Shown here: positions 54,529-63,579 of the stretch, in pieces | Position numbering within the stretch: position 1 is the stretch's first letter | Layout: each line of letters begins with the position of its first letter | Source: a virus | Length of the DNA: 64,000 nt | Direction: 5' to 3' (one strand) | IMG/VR virus record: IMGVR_UViG_3300046535_001869 | Coordinates: 45,300-109,299 of that record | Translations under genes and position numbers: made by a program | The notes under the pieces: generated by a model | Seen by the model: only the letters and a program-made list of their open reading frames with translations | The model's database searches: none | What the model was told of the DNA's origin: nothing

Positions 54529-54801
54529 ATGCCCTGCCCCTGCGGCAAGAACACCCGAGAGCGATTATACTGCCACCGCCCCGACTGCGGCACGCTGGTA
54601 GCGGTGGACCTGCCTCCCCCGACCGTCGACGTGACCCCGGCCGTCAATGATGCGACCGGGGCGCTTGACGTCGTCGTTCACCGCGATGGCAAGGGACGCT
54701 CGTACCGGGCGGAGGGTACCAGCTCAGTCGAGCTGGTCAAAGACGCCGTGAGGAAGGTCCTCGCGGACCCATACTCGGCCGAGTGGGTTCCGAAGGCGTG
54801 A
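54529..54801 (+). CDS. Small Cys-containing hypothetical protein
   Basis: CPCG...CHRPDC. Confidence 0.55.
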   Translation: MPCPCGKNTRERLYCHRPDCGTLVAVDLPPPTVDVTPAVNDATGALDVVVHRDGKGRSYRAEGTSSVELVKDAVRKVLADPYSAEWVPKA

Positions 54802-54989
54802 GCGACTGCGTCTGCATCGTCTGCCGGACCCATCTCCTCTCCGCGCTCCTCGTGGGCTGCCAGGAGTGCGCCACGTTCGTCTGCCCGGCCTGTGGGACGC
54901 ACGGCAAGGTCGTGCCGTTCGGGACGTACACGGTGCCGCCGAGCGCGGTGAACTCGGTCAGGTCGTCGGTCTGGGGGAGGCCGAACTAG
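54798..54989 (+). CDS. Small Zn-finger protein
   Basis: CIVC, CQEC, CPAC. Confidence 0.55.
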   Translation: MSDCVCIVCRTHLLSALLVGCQECATFVCPACGTHGKVVPFGTYTVPPSAVNSVRSSVWGRPN

Positions 54990-57900
54990 GTGTTCGGGGT
55001 CGCGACGGCTCGGGATGTGTTCGAGGAGTCAGCTCATCCCAGAGGGCAGCCCGATAATCCTGGTCAGTTCGCTAAGAGTTCGGAGCACGTGGCCTATCAT
55101 AAAAAGATGGGTCAGTATCATAATTCAAATTCAAAGTCCGTAGAAGATAAGCACGGATTTGCGGCCGTATCCCACTTCGAGGCGGCCTCAGCCCATAGGA
55201 AGAACGCTCCGGAGGCGAAGCGTTTATCAGATAAGGCGAAGACGGCGACTGCCGCAACCGAGTACGGCGTCTCCCGCGAGCCGCAACAATCGCGTAAGAA
55301 GAACTTTATTCCGGAATCCGATGATGAGATTACTCCTGAGGTCCTGAGGAATGTCCTGTCCCAGCTTCCACCAGAGGCCAGGACCCCGGCTGGTGCTGAG
55401 AGGTTATTCAACAGCAAGATCGCCGAGCTTAACTCGCGCGGCGACCTAACATTTTACCATGAGAGCGATGGGGACCAAGTATCGTCGATGCGACAGAAGG
55501 GTCTCGTCGATAGGGACCATGGGATCTACGCAGCGATAAATGCGCCAAGCAATTTCATTACGTCTCCGGTCAAAACGGAAGTCCAGTTCAAGGTTCCCCC
55601 GAGGAATAGCCGGGACATCGTCCCAGACGAGAGCTTTAGTTGGTCCGAAAAAATATCGCCGCACCAGATACTGCTTTTAGCTCATCCGGATCTGAAGGGA
55701 GCCTATGTCAATGCTGGAGACGCGATCCCTTCGAGTCAGATCAAGAGTGTTCGTCTAATTCAAGGTAAGGCCCACGATCGCATGCCCTTGGCCATCGCCA
55801 CCGACCCTCCGGTCTCCGAGAAGCAGCGCCGCGCGATGTTCGCGGCGAAGGCCGGTCATTCGACCCTAGGAATCCCGCAGTCCGTAGGCGAAGAGTTCAC
55901 CTCTGCCGACCCCGGCGGCAAGCTCCCCGAGCACGCCAAGGCCAAGGACATGGCCCGCACCAAGTGGTCCGCGCTGAAGCGCCTGCTCCTGGAGTGGATC
56001 GACGAGGAGCGGGCCGAGCCGGAGCACGCGACGGACGCCGAGAAGCGCCCCAAGCCAGACGTTGGCTTCGAGCACCCGGCCAAGGGCACCGACCACTGCG
56101 CCGATTGCACTCACTTCGAGGCCCCGGATGCCTGTGAGCTCGTCGAGGGCCGTGTCCAACCGCGCGACTGGTGCAAGATGTTCCTGGCGAGCCAGACGCG
56201 ACCGGAGGCGGAGGATGAGGACCCCAGGGTCCGCGCCGCCGGCATCGCTTTCGTCACCCCCGAGGGCAAGACCCTGTTCCTCCGCCGCTCCGACGCGAGC
56301 GACCACGAGGGCGAGTGGTGCTTCCCCGGCGGAGTCATCGAGGCCGGCGAGACGCCGGAGGAGGCCGCGATCCGCGAGGCGAGCGAGGAGACGGGTTACA
56401 GCGCGAGGGAAGGCGCTGGGGGCATGAGACAGGCGCACAGGCACTTACACGACGGCGTCGAGTTCACGACGTTCTACCAGCCCGTGGCAGCGCCGTTCGA
56501 CCCGAATCTCAACGACGAGTCGACCGAGCACGCGTGGCATCCGATTGATGCCGCGCCGGACCCGATCCATCCTGGGGTGCGCGCGACGATCGACGAGATC
56601 TTAGCGAACCTGGATGACTCGGCCGAGAACGAGGCGGAGGATGCGGTTAAACACGACCCGAAGACGGGGCAGTTTACGTCGTCCAGTGGAACGTCCTACT
56701 CGACAAAGCCGAAGGAAAAAGGCGGCGGATCGACGGTCCACCATGAGTCCGGAGAGATCGGCAATACGAACTTCATCGCTCCGAACCCGAACTATCCCAA
56801 GGACAAGAGCGGATATACTGCCTGGAGCAGCCATACCAAGGGATATGTCGGTAGTCCGCGCTCTACCGCTGGAGCTAGTGCGGCCTCACGAACGATGGGG
56901 AGCCTGCTGGGTCGAAAGCCGACCATCAATCCTCGCTTGTTTACCTCGGAGCATCACGCCATTAAGGGTTTGATCGAGCATCACGAGGCTCATAAGGCCT
57001 CGGCTCAGGACACCCCGACTACCTCCGCCCTCCCAGACGCCGCGCGCCGCGCCAGGTTGCGCGGGCGCGGGGACCTGGCGCGGAGGATCGAGGCGGAGGA
57101 TGCTGAAATCAAGCGCGATGAGCATGGTCAGTTCGCCGCTAGCCAGGGCTACAACGAGGTTGCGCACAACCAGGAGGGACAACCCTGGACCTGGGCAAAG
57201 AAGATCGGGGCCGATCCATCCGGCACGACACACACGGTCAATATAAAACACGCCGGTGAGCCGAAGTCGTTCATCGCTACGCGCCTTTTTAAGCCATCCG
57301 GGACGATCTCTGGTGGTAGTGTCCTGGTCGGGAAGCACGCCTCCTTCAAGGAGGCCCACGAAGCAAGCCTAAAAGCAATCAACTCGCTGCCGCGGATGAA
57401 GGATGCGCCGCCGTTTGGTCAAGATGAGGTCAAACACGACCCGAAGACGGGGCAATTCACGTCAGGTGAGGGAGCTGCTGGCTTTGGTGATCTTCATAAG
57501 ACCTACGGAAAGGGTGGATATCTAGATTCCCATACTCTGGAAGAATCTCACCCTCATACCGTTGCTGAATTTTCTAAGGCGTTTGTTTCTCATGATCCTG
57601 GTTCCTATGAGCAACACCAGGAGTTGAATAAGACCAAGAAGAGGTTGTCGGCGGATCCTTCTCACTCCTCCGGCGCCGTGGAGGATACTCATAAGATGAT
57701 AGCCCAGCGTTTAAGGGCAAATCACGGCACGCCGGCACGTCCAGCAGCGGTGCAGCGAACGGCAGCGATGAGTCGTTATCTGAAGGATAAGGTCGGCGGC
57801 CGAGCCAAAGACTCCGGCATCGGCCCCAACGGCCACCTGACCGTCGGCGCGCAGACCGACCCGAACGGCGGGTTCGGCTGGGCCATCGGCGGGAAGGTCG

Positions 57901-58565
57901 GGACCGGGAAGCGGCAGATGCGGATGTCGTCAGCGGTGAAGTCTGGACGGGGGCTCGCCAACGTCGCTCAGGACATGGCCCTAGCTACTGACAAGCGGAC
58001 GTACGACAAGGACGGGCGCCTCCACGTTGACCGCGCTAACGTGACGAAGGCCTGCGTGAACCCCTACACCGGCGCCGAGATCAACGCAGTAATGAAGGGA
58101 ACTGACAACTGGAAGATGCTCGACCCGGATCGTCGCTATGCGCTTCTGCGTCATCCCGACGAGCTCCGCAAAGCGGTCGACACGTTTAACGGTCTCCCGA
58201 TCTTGTTCACTCACAAGCCAGCCTCGGCCCAGGACCATCCGCACGAGATTACGGTTGGTGCTACCGGGAACGATGCCTCGTGGGAACCTCCCTACGTTCG
58301 CAACAGCTTGAGCATCTGGCCCGCCTATGCCAGCGAGGCGATCGACGACGGTTCGCAGCGTCAGTTGTCCATGGGTTACGCCTATCGTGCAGAGATGACC
58401 CCAGGTGTTTACGAAGGCGAGAAATATGACGGCGTGATGCGCGACATCGTGGGCAACCATCTCGCGATGGTTCGCGAAGGTCGTGCAGGGGCGGACGTCG
58501 CGATCGACCGGGCGCTGATCTCCTGGCGCGGGATCGCTGCGGCCATCCGAGAGCTGAGGACCTAA
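54990..58565 (+). CDS. Polyprotein: tagged modules, ART-like, HiPIP-like and Nudix domains, C-terminal DUF2213 prohead protease
   Basis: FYHES..RQKGL; CADC..C..WC; GGVIEAGETPEEAAIREASEETG; RTYDKDGRLHV..VNPY.G.EI..LSMGY..GNHLAMVREGRAG. Confidence 0.85.
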   Translation: MFGVATARDVFEESAHPRGQPDNPGQFAKSSEHVAYHKKMGQYHNSNSKSVEDKHGFAAVSHFEAASAHRKNAPEAKRLSDKAKTATAATEYGVSREPQQSRKKNFIPESDDEITPEVLRNVLSQLPPEARTPAGAERLFNSKIAELNSRGDLTFYHESDGDQVSSMRQKGLVDRDHGIYAAINAPSNFITSPVKTEVQFKVPPRNSRDIVPDESFSWSEKISPHQILLLAHPDLKGAYVNAGDAIPSSQIKSVRLIQGKAHDRMPLAIATDPPVSEKQRRAMFAAKAGHSTLGIPQSVGEEFTSADPGGKLPEHAKAKDMARTKWSALKRLLLEWIDEERAEPEHATDAEKRPKPDVGFEHPAKGTDHCADCTHFEAPDACELVEGRVQPRDWCKMFLASQTRPEAEDEDPRVRAAGIAFVTPEGKTLFLRRSDASDHEGEWCFPGGVIEAGETPEEAAIREASEETGYSAREGAGGMRQAHRHLHDGVEFTTFYQPVAAPFDPNLNDESTEHAWHPIDAAPDPIHPGVRATIDEILANLDDSAENEAEDAVKHDPKTGQFTSSSGTSYSTKPKEKGGGSTVHHESGEIGNTNFIAPNPNYPKDKSGYTAWSSHTKGYVGSPRSTAGASAASRTMGSLLGRKPTINPRLFTSEHHAIKGLIEHHEAHKASAQDTPTTSALPDAARRARLRGRGDLARRIEAEDAEIKRDEHGQFAASQGYNEVAHNQEGQPWTWAKKIGADPSGTTHTVNIKHAGEPKSFIATRLFKPSGTISGGSVLVGKHASFKEAHEASLKAINSLPRMKDAPPFGQDEVKHDPKTGQFTSGEGAAGFGDLHKTYGKGGYLDSHTLEESHPHTVAEFSKAFVSHDPGSYEQHQELNKTKKRLSADPSHSSGAVEDTHKMIAQRLRANHGTPARPAAVQRTAAMSRYLKDKVGGRAKDSGIGPNGHLTVGAQTDPNGGFGWAIGGKVGTGKRQMRMSSAVKSGRGLANVAQDMALATDKRTYDKDGRLHVDRANVTKACVNPYTGAEINAVMKGTDNWKMLDPDRRYALLRHPDELRKAVDTFNGLPILFTHKPASAQDHPHEITVGATGNDASWEPPYVRNSLSIWPAYASEAIDDGSQRQLSMGYAYRAEMTPGVYEGEKYDGVMRDIVGNHLAMVREGRAGADVAIDRALISWRGIAAAIRELRT

Positions 58566-58567
58566 GA

Positions 58568-59614
58568 ATGCGACTCATCGACGCCTTAAAGAAGAGGTTT
58601 CAGACACCAGAGCAGGCTCTAGAGGCTCTGGGTTTGGACGCCGCGACGATCGCGCTCGACGCGGCTATACGACCAGCGCGCGACAACAAGGAGAAGGCCA
58701 CCATGACGATCCAGTCGAAGTGGTCCCCCACGGCGCTGGTCGCCATGGGGGCACTGCAGAATTATCTCAATCCCCGCCTCGCCCAGGACGCGGCGATCAA
58801 CCTCCGCCCGATCCTGAAGGACGTGACGGCCAAGAACTTCACCGCCCGGCGCCCGTACGTGACCAGCGCGATCCGCGCTGCGGTCTCGGGCAACTTGGCA
58901 CAAGATGCCGACATCGAGGACCTCCCCGAGATCCTCGATAATATCGAGGCGCTCGCCGGTGAGGCCAGCCAGGCCGTTGGCGGCGAGGCCGGCCCGGACG
59001 ACGGCAACCCGATGGCCGACCCGGTCGACGAGGATGCCGGTGGCGACCCCGATGACGCCGGTGCGGGCGACCCGGATGTAGCTGCCGGTGACCCGGACGC
59101 GATGCAGTCCGGCGAATCGGACGCTAACGAGATCGAGGACTTCCTCCGCGACAAGCTTGATCCGGCCGACCTCGATACCGTGTGCGCCATGATGAAGGCC
59201 GCCAAGGCCGGCGGCGCCGTCGACGAAGACAATGGAGCAGACCTCGAAGCAGGGAAACCACCAGCGATGGACAAGAAGGCGATGGACGCGGCCATCAAGA
59301 CCGCCGTCGAGGCGGCCGTGGCGCGCGTCGAGAAGAACCACAACGCGGTAGCCGAGGCCCAGCGGATGGTCCGGCCGTACGTCGGTGACCTCAGCGTGGC
59401 GTTCGACTCGGCCGAGGCTGTCTATCGGCACACGCTGACCGCCATGGGCGTCAACGTGAAGGACACGCACCCCGACGCGCTGCCCGCGATCCTCGCGGCC
59501 CAGCCGAAGCCGGGCGCGCGCCGGAGCAGCGAGGCCCGGATCGCCCACGACGAGGCGGCGGCGAAGGGCTTCTCGGAGCGCTTCCCGAGCGCCTCCCACA
59601 TCAGGACGATGTAA
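58568..59614 (+). CDS. Capsid scaffolding protein
   Basis: Acidic/Ala-rich; VRPYVG...FDSAEAVYR; lies between protease and decoration genes. Confidence 0.75.
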   Translation: MRLIDALKKRFQTPEQALEALGLDAATIALDAAIRPARDNKEKATMTIQSKWSPTALVAMGALQNYLNPRLAQDAAINLRPILKDVTAKNFTARRPYVTSAIRAAVSGNLAQDADIEDLPEILDNIEALAGEASQAVGGEAGPDDGNPMADPVDEDAGGDPDDAGAGDPDVAAGDPDAMQSGESDANEIEDFLRDKLDPADLDTVCAMMKAAKAGGAVDEDNGADLEAGKPPAMDKKAMDAAIKTAVEAAVARVEKNHNAVAEAQRMVRPYVGDLSVAFDSAEAVYRHTLTAMGVNVKDTHPDALPAILAAQPKPGARRSSEARIAHDEAAAKGFSERFPSASHIRTM

Positions 59615-59646
59615 CCAACCCGCCAAACCTTCAAGGAGATTATGAA

Positions 59647-60615
59647 ATGGCAAACGGGTTTCAGGCGAGTGTTGGCACCCAGCCCGCCCCCGCCGTGGCC
59701 GGCGACTTCGCCGATCACAATCCTCGCGTCTCGGTCATGGCCGGGCCGGGAGGCTTCGTAGCAGGCGGCTCCGGCGTTATCGTCGGGCACTTCGCCTGGG
59801 CCTCGTACGCGGGGATCGACCCCGACAACGCGCCGACGATCGTTAACAGCTTCGGTGGCGGTGCGCCGACCGGGTTTGTCCACCGCGAGCAGCAGGCGCT
59901 GATCACGACCTACCTGGCCGACGCCGGGATGGTCGTGCCCCAGGGCTTCGGCGTCACCTTGTTCAACGAGGGCGGCTTCTGGGTCAAGAACGACGGCACG
60001 ACCGCCGCGCTGATCGGCCAGAAGGCGTACGCGCGCAACTCCGACGGCGCGGTCCTCTTCGCCGCCACCGCAACGCCGGGCACCGCGACCGTCACCGGCT
60101 CGATCGGCCCGGTCGCGACCACCTCGGTCACCGGCTCGATCAGCGGCAACGTCCTCACGGTCACCGCGGTCAGCTCCGGCACCCTCTATCCCGGCTCGGT
60201 GCTCACGGGCACGGGCGGCGGCGGCGTCGCGTCCGGTTCTACGATCGTATCCCAGCTCTCGGGCACGACCGGCGGCACGGGCACGTACTCGCTCAGCGTC
60301 CCCAACCAGACCGTGACTTCGACTACGATCACGGCCGCCGCGGGCCTCCTGACAGTCGCCTCGGTCTCGTCCGGCGTCCTAGCGGTCGGCGACGTCCTTA
60401 GCGGTACCGGCGGCGGCGGTGTCACGTCCGGCACCACTATCACGGCGCTCGGCACCGGGACGGGCCTCACGGGTACGTATATCGTGACGCCGACCCAGAC
60501 CGTCGCGGTCGGCACGGTGATCACCGCCGGGGTCACGACCGAGACGAAGTTCGTCGCGATGTCCTCGGGCCTCGCGGGTGAACTCATCAAGATCAGCTCC
60601 TGGCCCCTCGGCTAA
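59647..60615 (+). CDS. Head decoration protein with two Thr/Ser/Gly-rich repeats
   Basis: GFQ..V...[29 protein letters not shown]; repeats LTV..VSSG.L..G.VL.GTGGGGV.SG. Confidence 0.8.
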   Translation: MANGFQASVGTQPAPAVAGDFADHNPRVSVMAGPGGFVAGGSGVIVGHFAWASYAGIDPDNAPTIVNSFGGGAPTGFVHREQQALITTYLADAGMVVPQGFGVTLFNEGGFWVKNDGTTAALIGQKAYARNSDGAVLFAATATPGTATVTGSIGPVATTSVTGSISGNVLTVTAVSSGTLYPGSVLTGTGGGGVASGSTIVSQLSGTTGGTGTYSLSVPNQTVTSTTITAAAGLLTVASVSSGVLAVGDVLSGTGGGGVTSGTTITALGTGTGLTGTYIVTPTQTVAVGTVITAGVTTETKFVAMSSGLAGELIKISSWPLG

Positions 60616-60641
60616 GGTCGCAGAGAGAAAGGAATAGCACC

Positions 60642-61739
60642 ATGAACGCAACGGAAGCTCTCGCGGCCTTTCGCGGAGACAAGGCGCACCTGGAGGAGCT
60701 CGGCATCGCCTGGCAGCCGGGCACCGAGCCAATCGGCTACGTCACGCCGGAGATGAAGCGCGACTACCGGATCGCGATGGACGCGCTGCCAACGCTGACT
60801 ACCGACCCGAACTCGGGCGTCCCGGCGATGCTCACGACGTTGATCGACCCGAACGTCTACGAGGTCCTCTTCGCCGCGAACAAGGCGGCGGTGATCCTCG
60901 GCGAGCTCCGGAAGGGCACGTGGCTCGATCAAACCGCGATGTTCCCGGTCGCCGAGGCCACCGGCGAGACCAGCACATACGGCGACTTCAACGAGAACGG
61001 TCGGGCCGGCGTCAATACCAACTGGCCCCAGCGCCAGGCGTACCTGTTCCAGATCATCAAGGAGTACGGTGAGCTGGAGCTGGAGCGTGCGGGGCTGGCC
61101 CGGATCAACTGGGTCTCGGAGATCGACAAGGCGGCGGCCTTGAACCTCAACAAGTTCGCCAACCTGACGTACTTCCGCGGCGTCTCGGGCCTCCAGAACT
61201 ACGGGCTACTGAACGACCCGAACCTGAGCGCCTCTATCACCCCGGCGACCAAAGCGGCCGGCGGCGTGACGTGGTTCTCCGGAACCAGCCCGAACGCCAC
61301 GGCCAACGAGGTGTACAACGACATCCTGGCGACGTACACGCAGCTGGTGGTTCAGACCGCGGGCCTGGTCGAGATGGACACTCCGCTGAAGCTGGCCCTG
61401 GGAACGACGAATGCGGTGGCGATGAAGTTCATCAACACCTTCGGGTTGACCGTCGCGGACATGCTCGACAAGACGTTCCCGAACCTGAAGATCGAGTCGG
61501 CGGTGCAGTACAACGCGCTGTCAACCCAGAACACCCAGGGGAACCCGGCGGGCAACCTGATGCAGTTGATCGCCGACAACGTCGAGGGCCAGGCTACCGG
61601 CTTCTGCGCGTTCAACGAGAAGATGCGGTCACACCCGATCATCCGCGCCACCTCGTCGTTTAAGCAGAAGGTGACCGCGGGTACTTGGGGCGCCGTACTG
61701 CGTTTCCCCGCTGGTATAGCATCGATGGTCGGAATTTAA
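60642..61739 (+). CDS. Major capsid protein (DUF2184-like)
   Basis: IAMDA, NSGVPAMLTT.IDP, KGTW, YGD, RQAY.FQ..YGELE, YGLLNDPNL, GTWGAV. Confidence 0.9.
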   Translation: MNATEALAAFRGDKAHLEELGIAWQPGTEPIGYVTPEMKRDYRIAMDALPTLTTDPNSGVPAMLTTLIDPNVYEVLFAANKAAVILGELRKGTWLDQTAMFPVAEATGETSTYGDFNENGRAGVNTNWPQRQAYLFQIIKEYGELELERAGLARINWVSEIDKAAALNLNKFANLTYFRGVSGLQNYGLLNDPNLSASITPATKAAGGVTWFSGTSPNATANEVYNDILATYTQLVVQTAGLVEMDTPLKLALGTTNAVAMKFINTFGLTVADMLDKTFPNLKIESAVQYNALSTQNTQGNPAGNLMQLIADNVEGQATGFCAFNEKMRSHPIIRATSSFKQKVTAGTWGAVLRFPAGIASMVGI

Positions 61740-61748
61740 GGAGCAACG

Positions 61749-62258
61749 ATGAGTAACGACCTCGACAACAACGAGCCGCGGCGTCGGCGACGCCCGGCCT
61801 CGGCCGAGCCCGACACGGTCACCGTCGGGTGCAAGCTGCCGAACGGCCTGCTCCTCCAGAACTTCGTGATGGAGAACTACCAGGAGCAGGTGATGGGCGG
61901 CGGCACGCGCACCTCCCAGCGTGCGGTCCGTCTGGAGGAGACCTACCGGATCTGCGGGAACTCGCTCGACATCTCCAAGATGGCGCTCGGCGAGGTCCCG
62001 AACCTGATCATCGGCGGATACGGGATCACCTCCGGTATCCCGCGCGTGTTCTGGGACGAGTGGCTCCGCGCCAACAAGGACGCCGCGTACGTCAAGAACG
62101 GCTTGGTCTTTGCCGAGGACAGCGAGGCGCGGGCGCGCAAGCGCGCGGCCGAGGGCGCCAAGCTGCGCTCCGGCCTGGAGCCGATCGACCCGCTCGCCCC
62201 GAGCACAGCGGCGCCGGACATGCGGTCGATCCAGCGCGGGACCCAGACGGCGGCGTAA
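61749..62258 (+). CDS. Conserved head-associated protein
   Basis: VTVGCKLPNGL, GYGIT, FWDEWL, SGLEPIDP. Confidence 0.75.
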   Translation: MSNDLDNNEPRRRRRPASAEPDTVTVGCKLPNGLLLQNFVMENYQEQVMGGGTRTSQRAVRLEETYRICGNSLDISKMALGEVPNLIIGGYGITSGIPRVFWDEWLRANKDAAYVKNGLVFAEDSEARARKRAAEGAKLRSGLEPIDPLAPSTAAPDMRSIQRGTQTAA

Positions 62259-62434
62259 TGGCCGGATACGTCGACCAGGTCGGTACGGTTAAGATCCAGT
62301 GCCGAGTCCGGCGCTGGGTCAAGCCGACCGTGCGCGTCCTGGCATGTCTCCACGCGTTCCACCTTTTGCCGTTCCCGAGCTATGTGGTTCGATTGTTGTC
62401 TCGCTACGGCATAATCGTCGAGGTGGTGCGCTGA
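62258..62434 (+). CDS. Small hypothetical protein
   Basis: MAGYVDQ...; coupled at both ends. Confidence 0.45.
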   Translation: MAGYVDQVGTVKIQCRVRRWVKPTVRVLACLHAFHLLPFPSYVVRLLSRYGIIVEVVR

Positions 62435-62880
62435 TGACCAACCAGGTTGAGTTCAATTACGCCACCTGGATCGCGCGGTACCCTGAGTTCACGGCTGTTA
62501 CTGAGCCGACCGCGCTTGGGTACTTTAACGAGGCGGTGATTTATCACCGGAACGACGGCACCGGTCCGGTGACCGACGACACGGTCCAGCTCGCGCTGCT
62601 GAATATGGTCGTGGCGCATATCGCCGCGCGTTACGCGATCATCAATGGCGTGCCCGCGTCGCCGCTCGTTGGGCGGATCACTAACGCCACCGAGGGCTCG
62701 GTCTCGGTCGCTACGGGCGGATTCGCGAACGTCCAGCCGGGGACAATGGAGTGGTGGCTGCAGACGAAACCAGGATCAGACTACTGGTTTGCCACCGCGC
62801 CCTATCGTGTGTTCAACTATCGTCCCGGCCCAAGAAGGGTATTCGACCAGATCTTTCCACCAACGATTATAGTAAGATAG
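62434..62880 (+). CDS. Head-tail connector (DUF4054-like)
   Basis: RYPEF, LLNMVVAHIA, VGRITNATEGSVSV, WWLQT..G..YW. Confidence 0.85.
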   Translation: MTNQVEFNYATWIARYPEFTAVTEPTALGYFNEAVIYHRNDGTGPVTDDTVQLALLNMVVAHIAARYAIINGVPASPLVGRITNATEGSVSVATGGFANVQPGTMEWWLQTKPGSDYWFATAPYRVFNYRPGPRRVFDQIFPPTIIVR

Positions 62881-62884
62881 GCAT

Positions 62885-62913
62885 TTTACTTAGTATTAAC
62901 TAAGGCGTAATAT
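62885..62913 (+). promoter_or_regulatory. Promoter TTTACT-N17-TAATAT for the HNH gene
   Basis: Same -35 as the early promoter family. Confidence 0.6.
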
Positions 62914-62943
62914 AAACCTCGTACTTAGTTACGAGGTAGCGTC

Positions 62944-63579
62944 ATGAAAGTAGGACAGAAACATACCGAAGAAGCGAAAGCTAGAATAAAAGCAGCGGCT
63001 ATTTCACTATATTCTCCACGTTTAGCCGATTCTGTTCGAGGAGGTAAATGGATTACCAACGGAATAGATAATCGAAGAGTACCAAAAGAGCACGAAGTAC
63101 CGGAGGGATGGAGGTACGGACGAGTTAGAAACGGCGGCATATCTTGGGGTTATAATTTTCCTCAAGATCAGTCTGGTGATAAAAGTCCTTATCGCCTTCA
63201 TCGTGAAAAAATTACTGGAATAAAATTTTTACCAGTTAAACATCCGTGGCTTCGTGTAGCTACAGCCATTCAACGTCGATGTAAAGATGAAAATATTCAG
63301 TTTGGTTTTACATCGAGACACGAGTTTGCGTACTATCTAAATGATATAGCTCCAACTCACTGTCCAGTTTTTGGTTTTCCTTTATCATTTGCAAACGGTA
63401 CTTCTGGTAAACGTGGATTTCGCGGAATACTACCTAGTGTTGATCGAATAAAACCAGAATTAGGGTATATTCGTGGAAACCTTCAGGTAATTAGCTTTAG
63501 AGCTAATGTTATGAAATCTAATGCCTCCGAGGAAGAGCTTCAAATGTTCGCTGAATGGATACTACGACGTAATGCCTGA
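62944..63579 (+). CDS. Homing endonuclease-like protein (NUMOD3 + HNH-like)
   Basis: HTEEAKARI, WITNG..PEGWRYGR, CPVFG, PSVDRI.PELGY.RGN.QVIS.RAN..K; AT-rich. Confidence 0.8.
   Translation: MKVGQKHTEEAKARIKAAAISLYSPRLADSVRGGKWITNGIDNRRVPKEHEVPEGWRYGRVRNGGISWGYNFPQDQSGDKSPYRLHREKITGIKFLPVKHPWLRVATAIQRRCKDENIQFGFTSRHEFAYYLNDIAPTHCPVFGFPLSFANGTSGKRGFRGILPSVDRIKPELGYIRGNLQVISFRANVMKSNASEEELQMFAEWILRRNA

Noticed and set aside
58619-59653. 344-aa minus-strand ORF and many similar Arg/Pro-rich overlapping ORFs
   Set aside because: Shadow frames of GC-rich genes on the opposite strand, with no motifs or RBS
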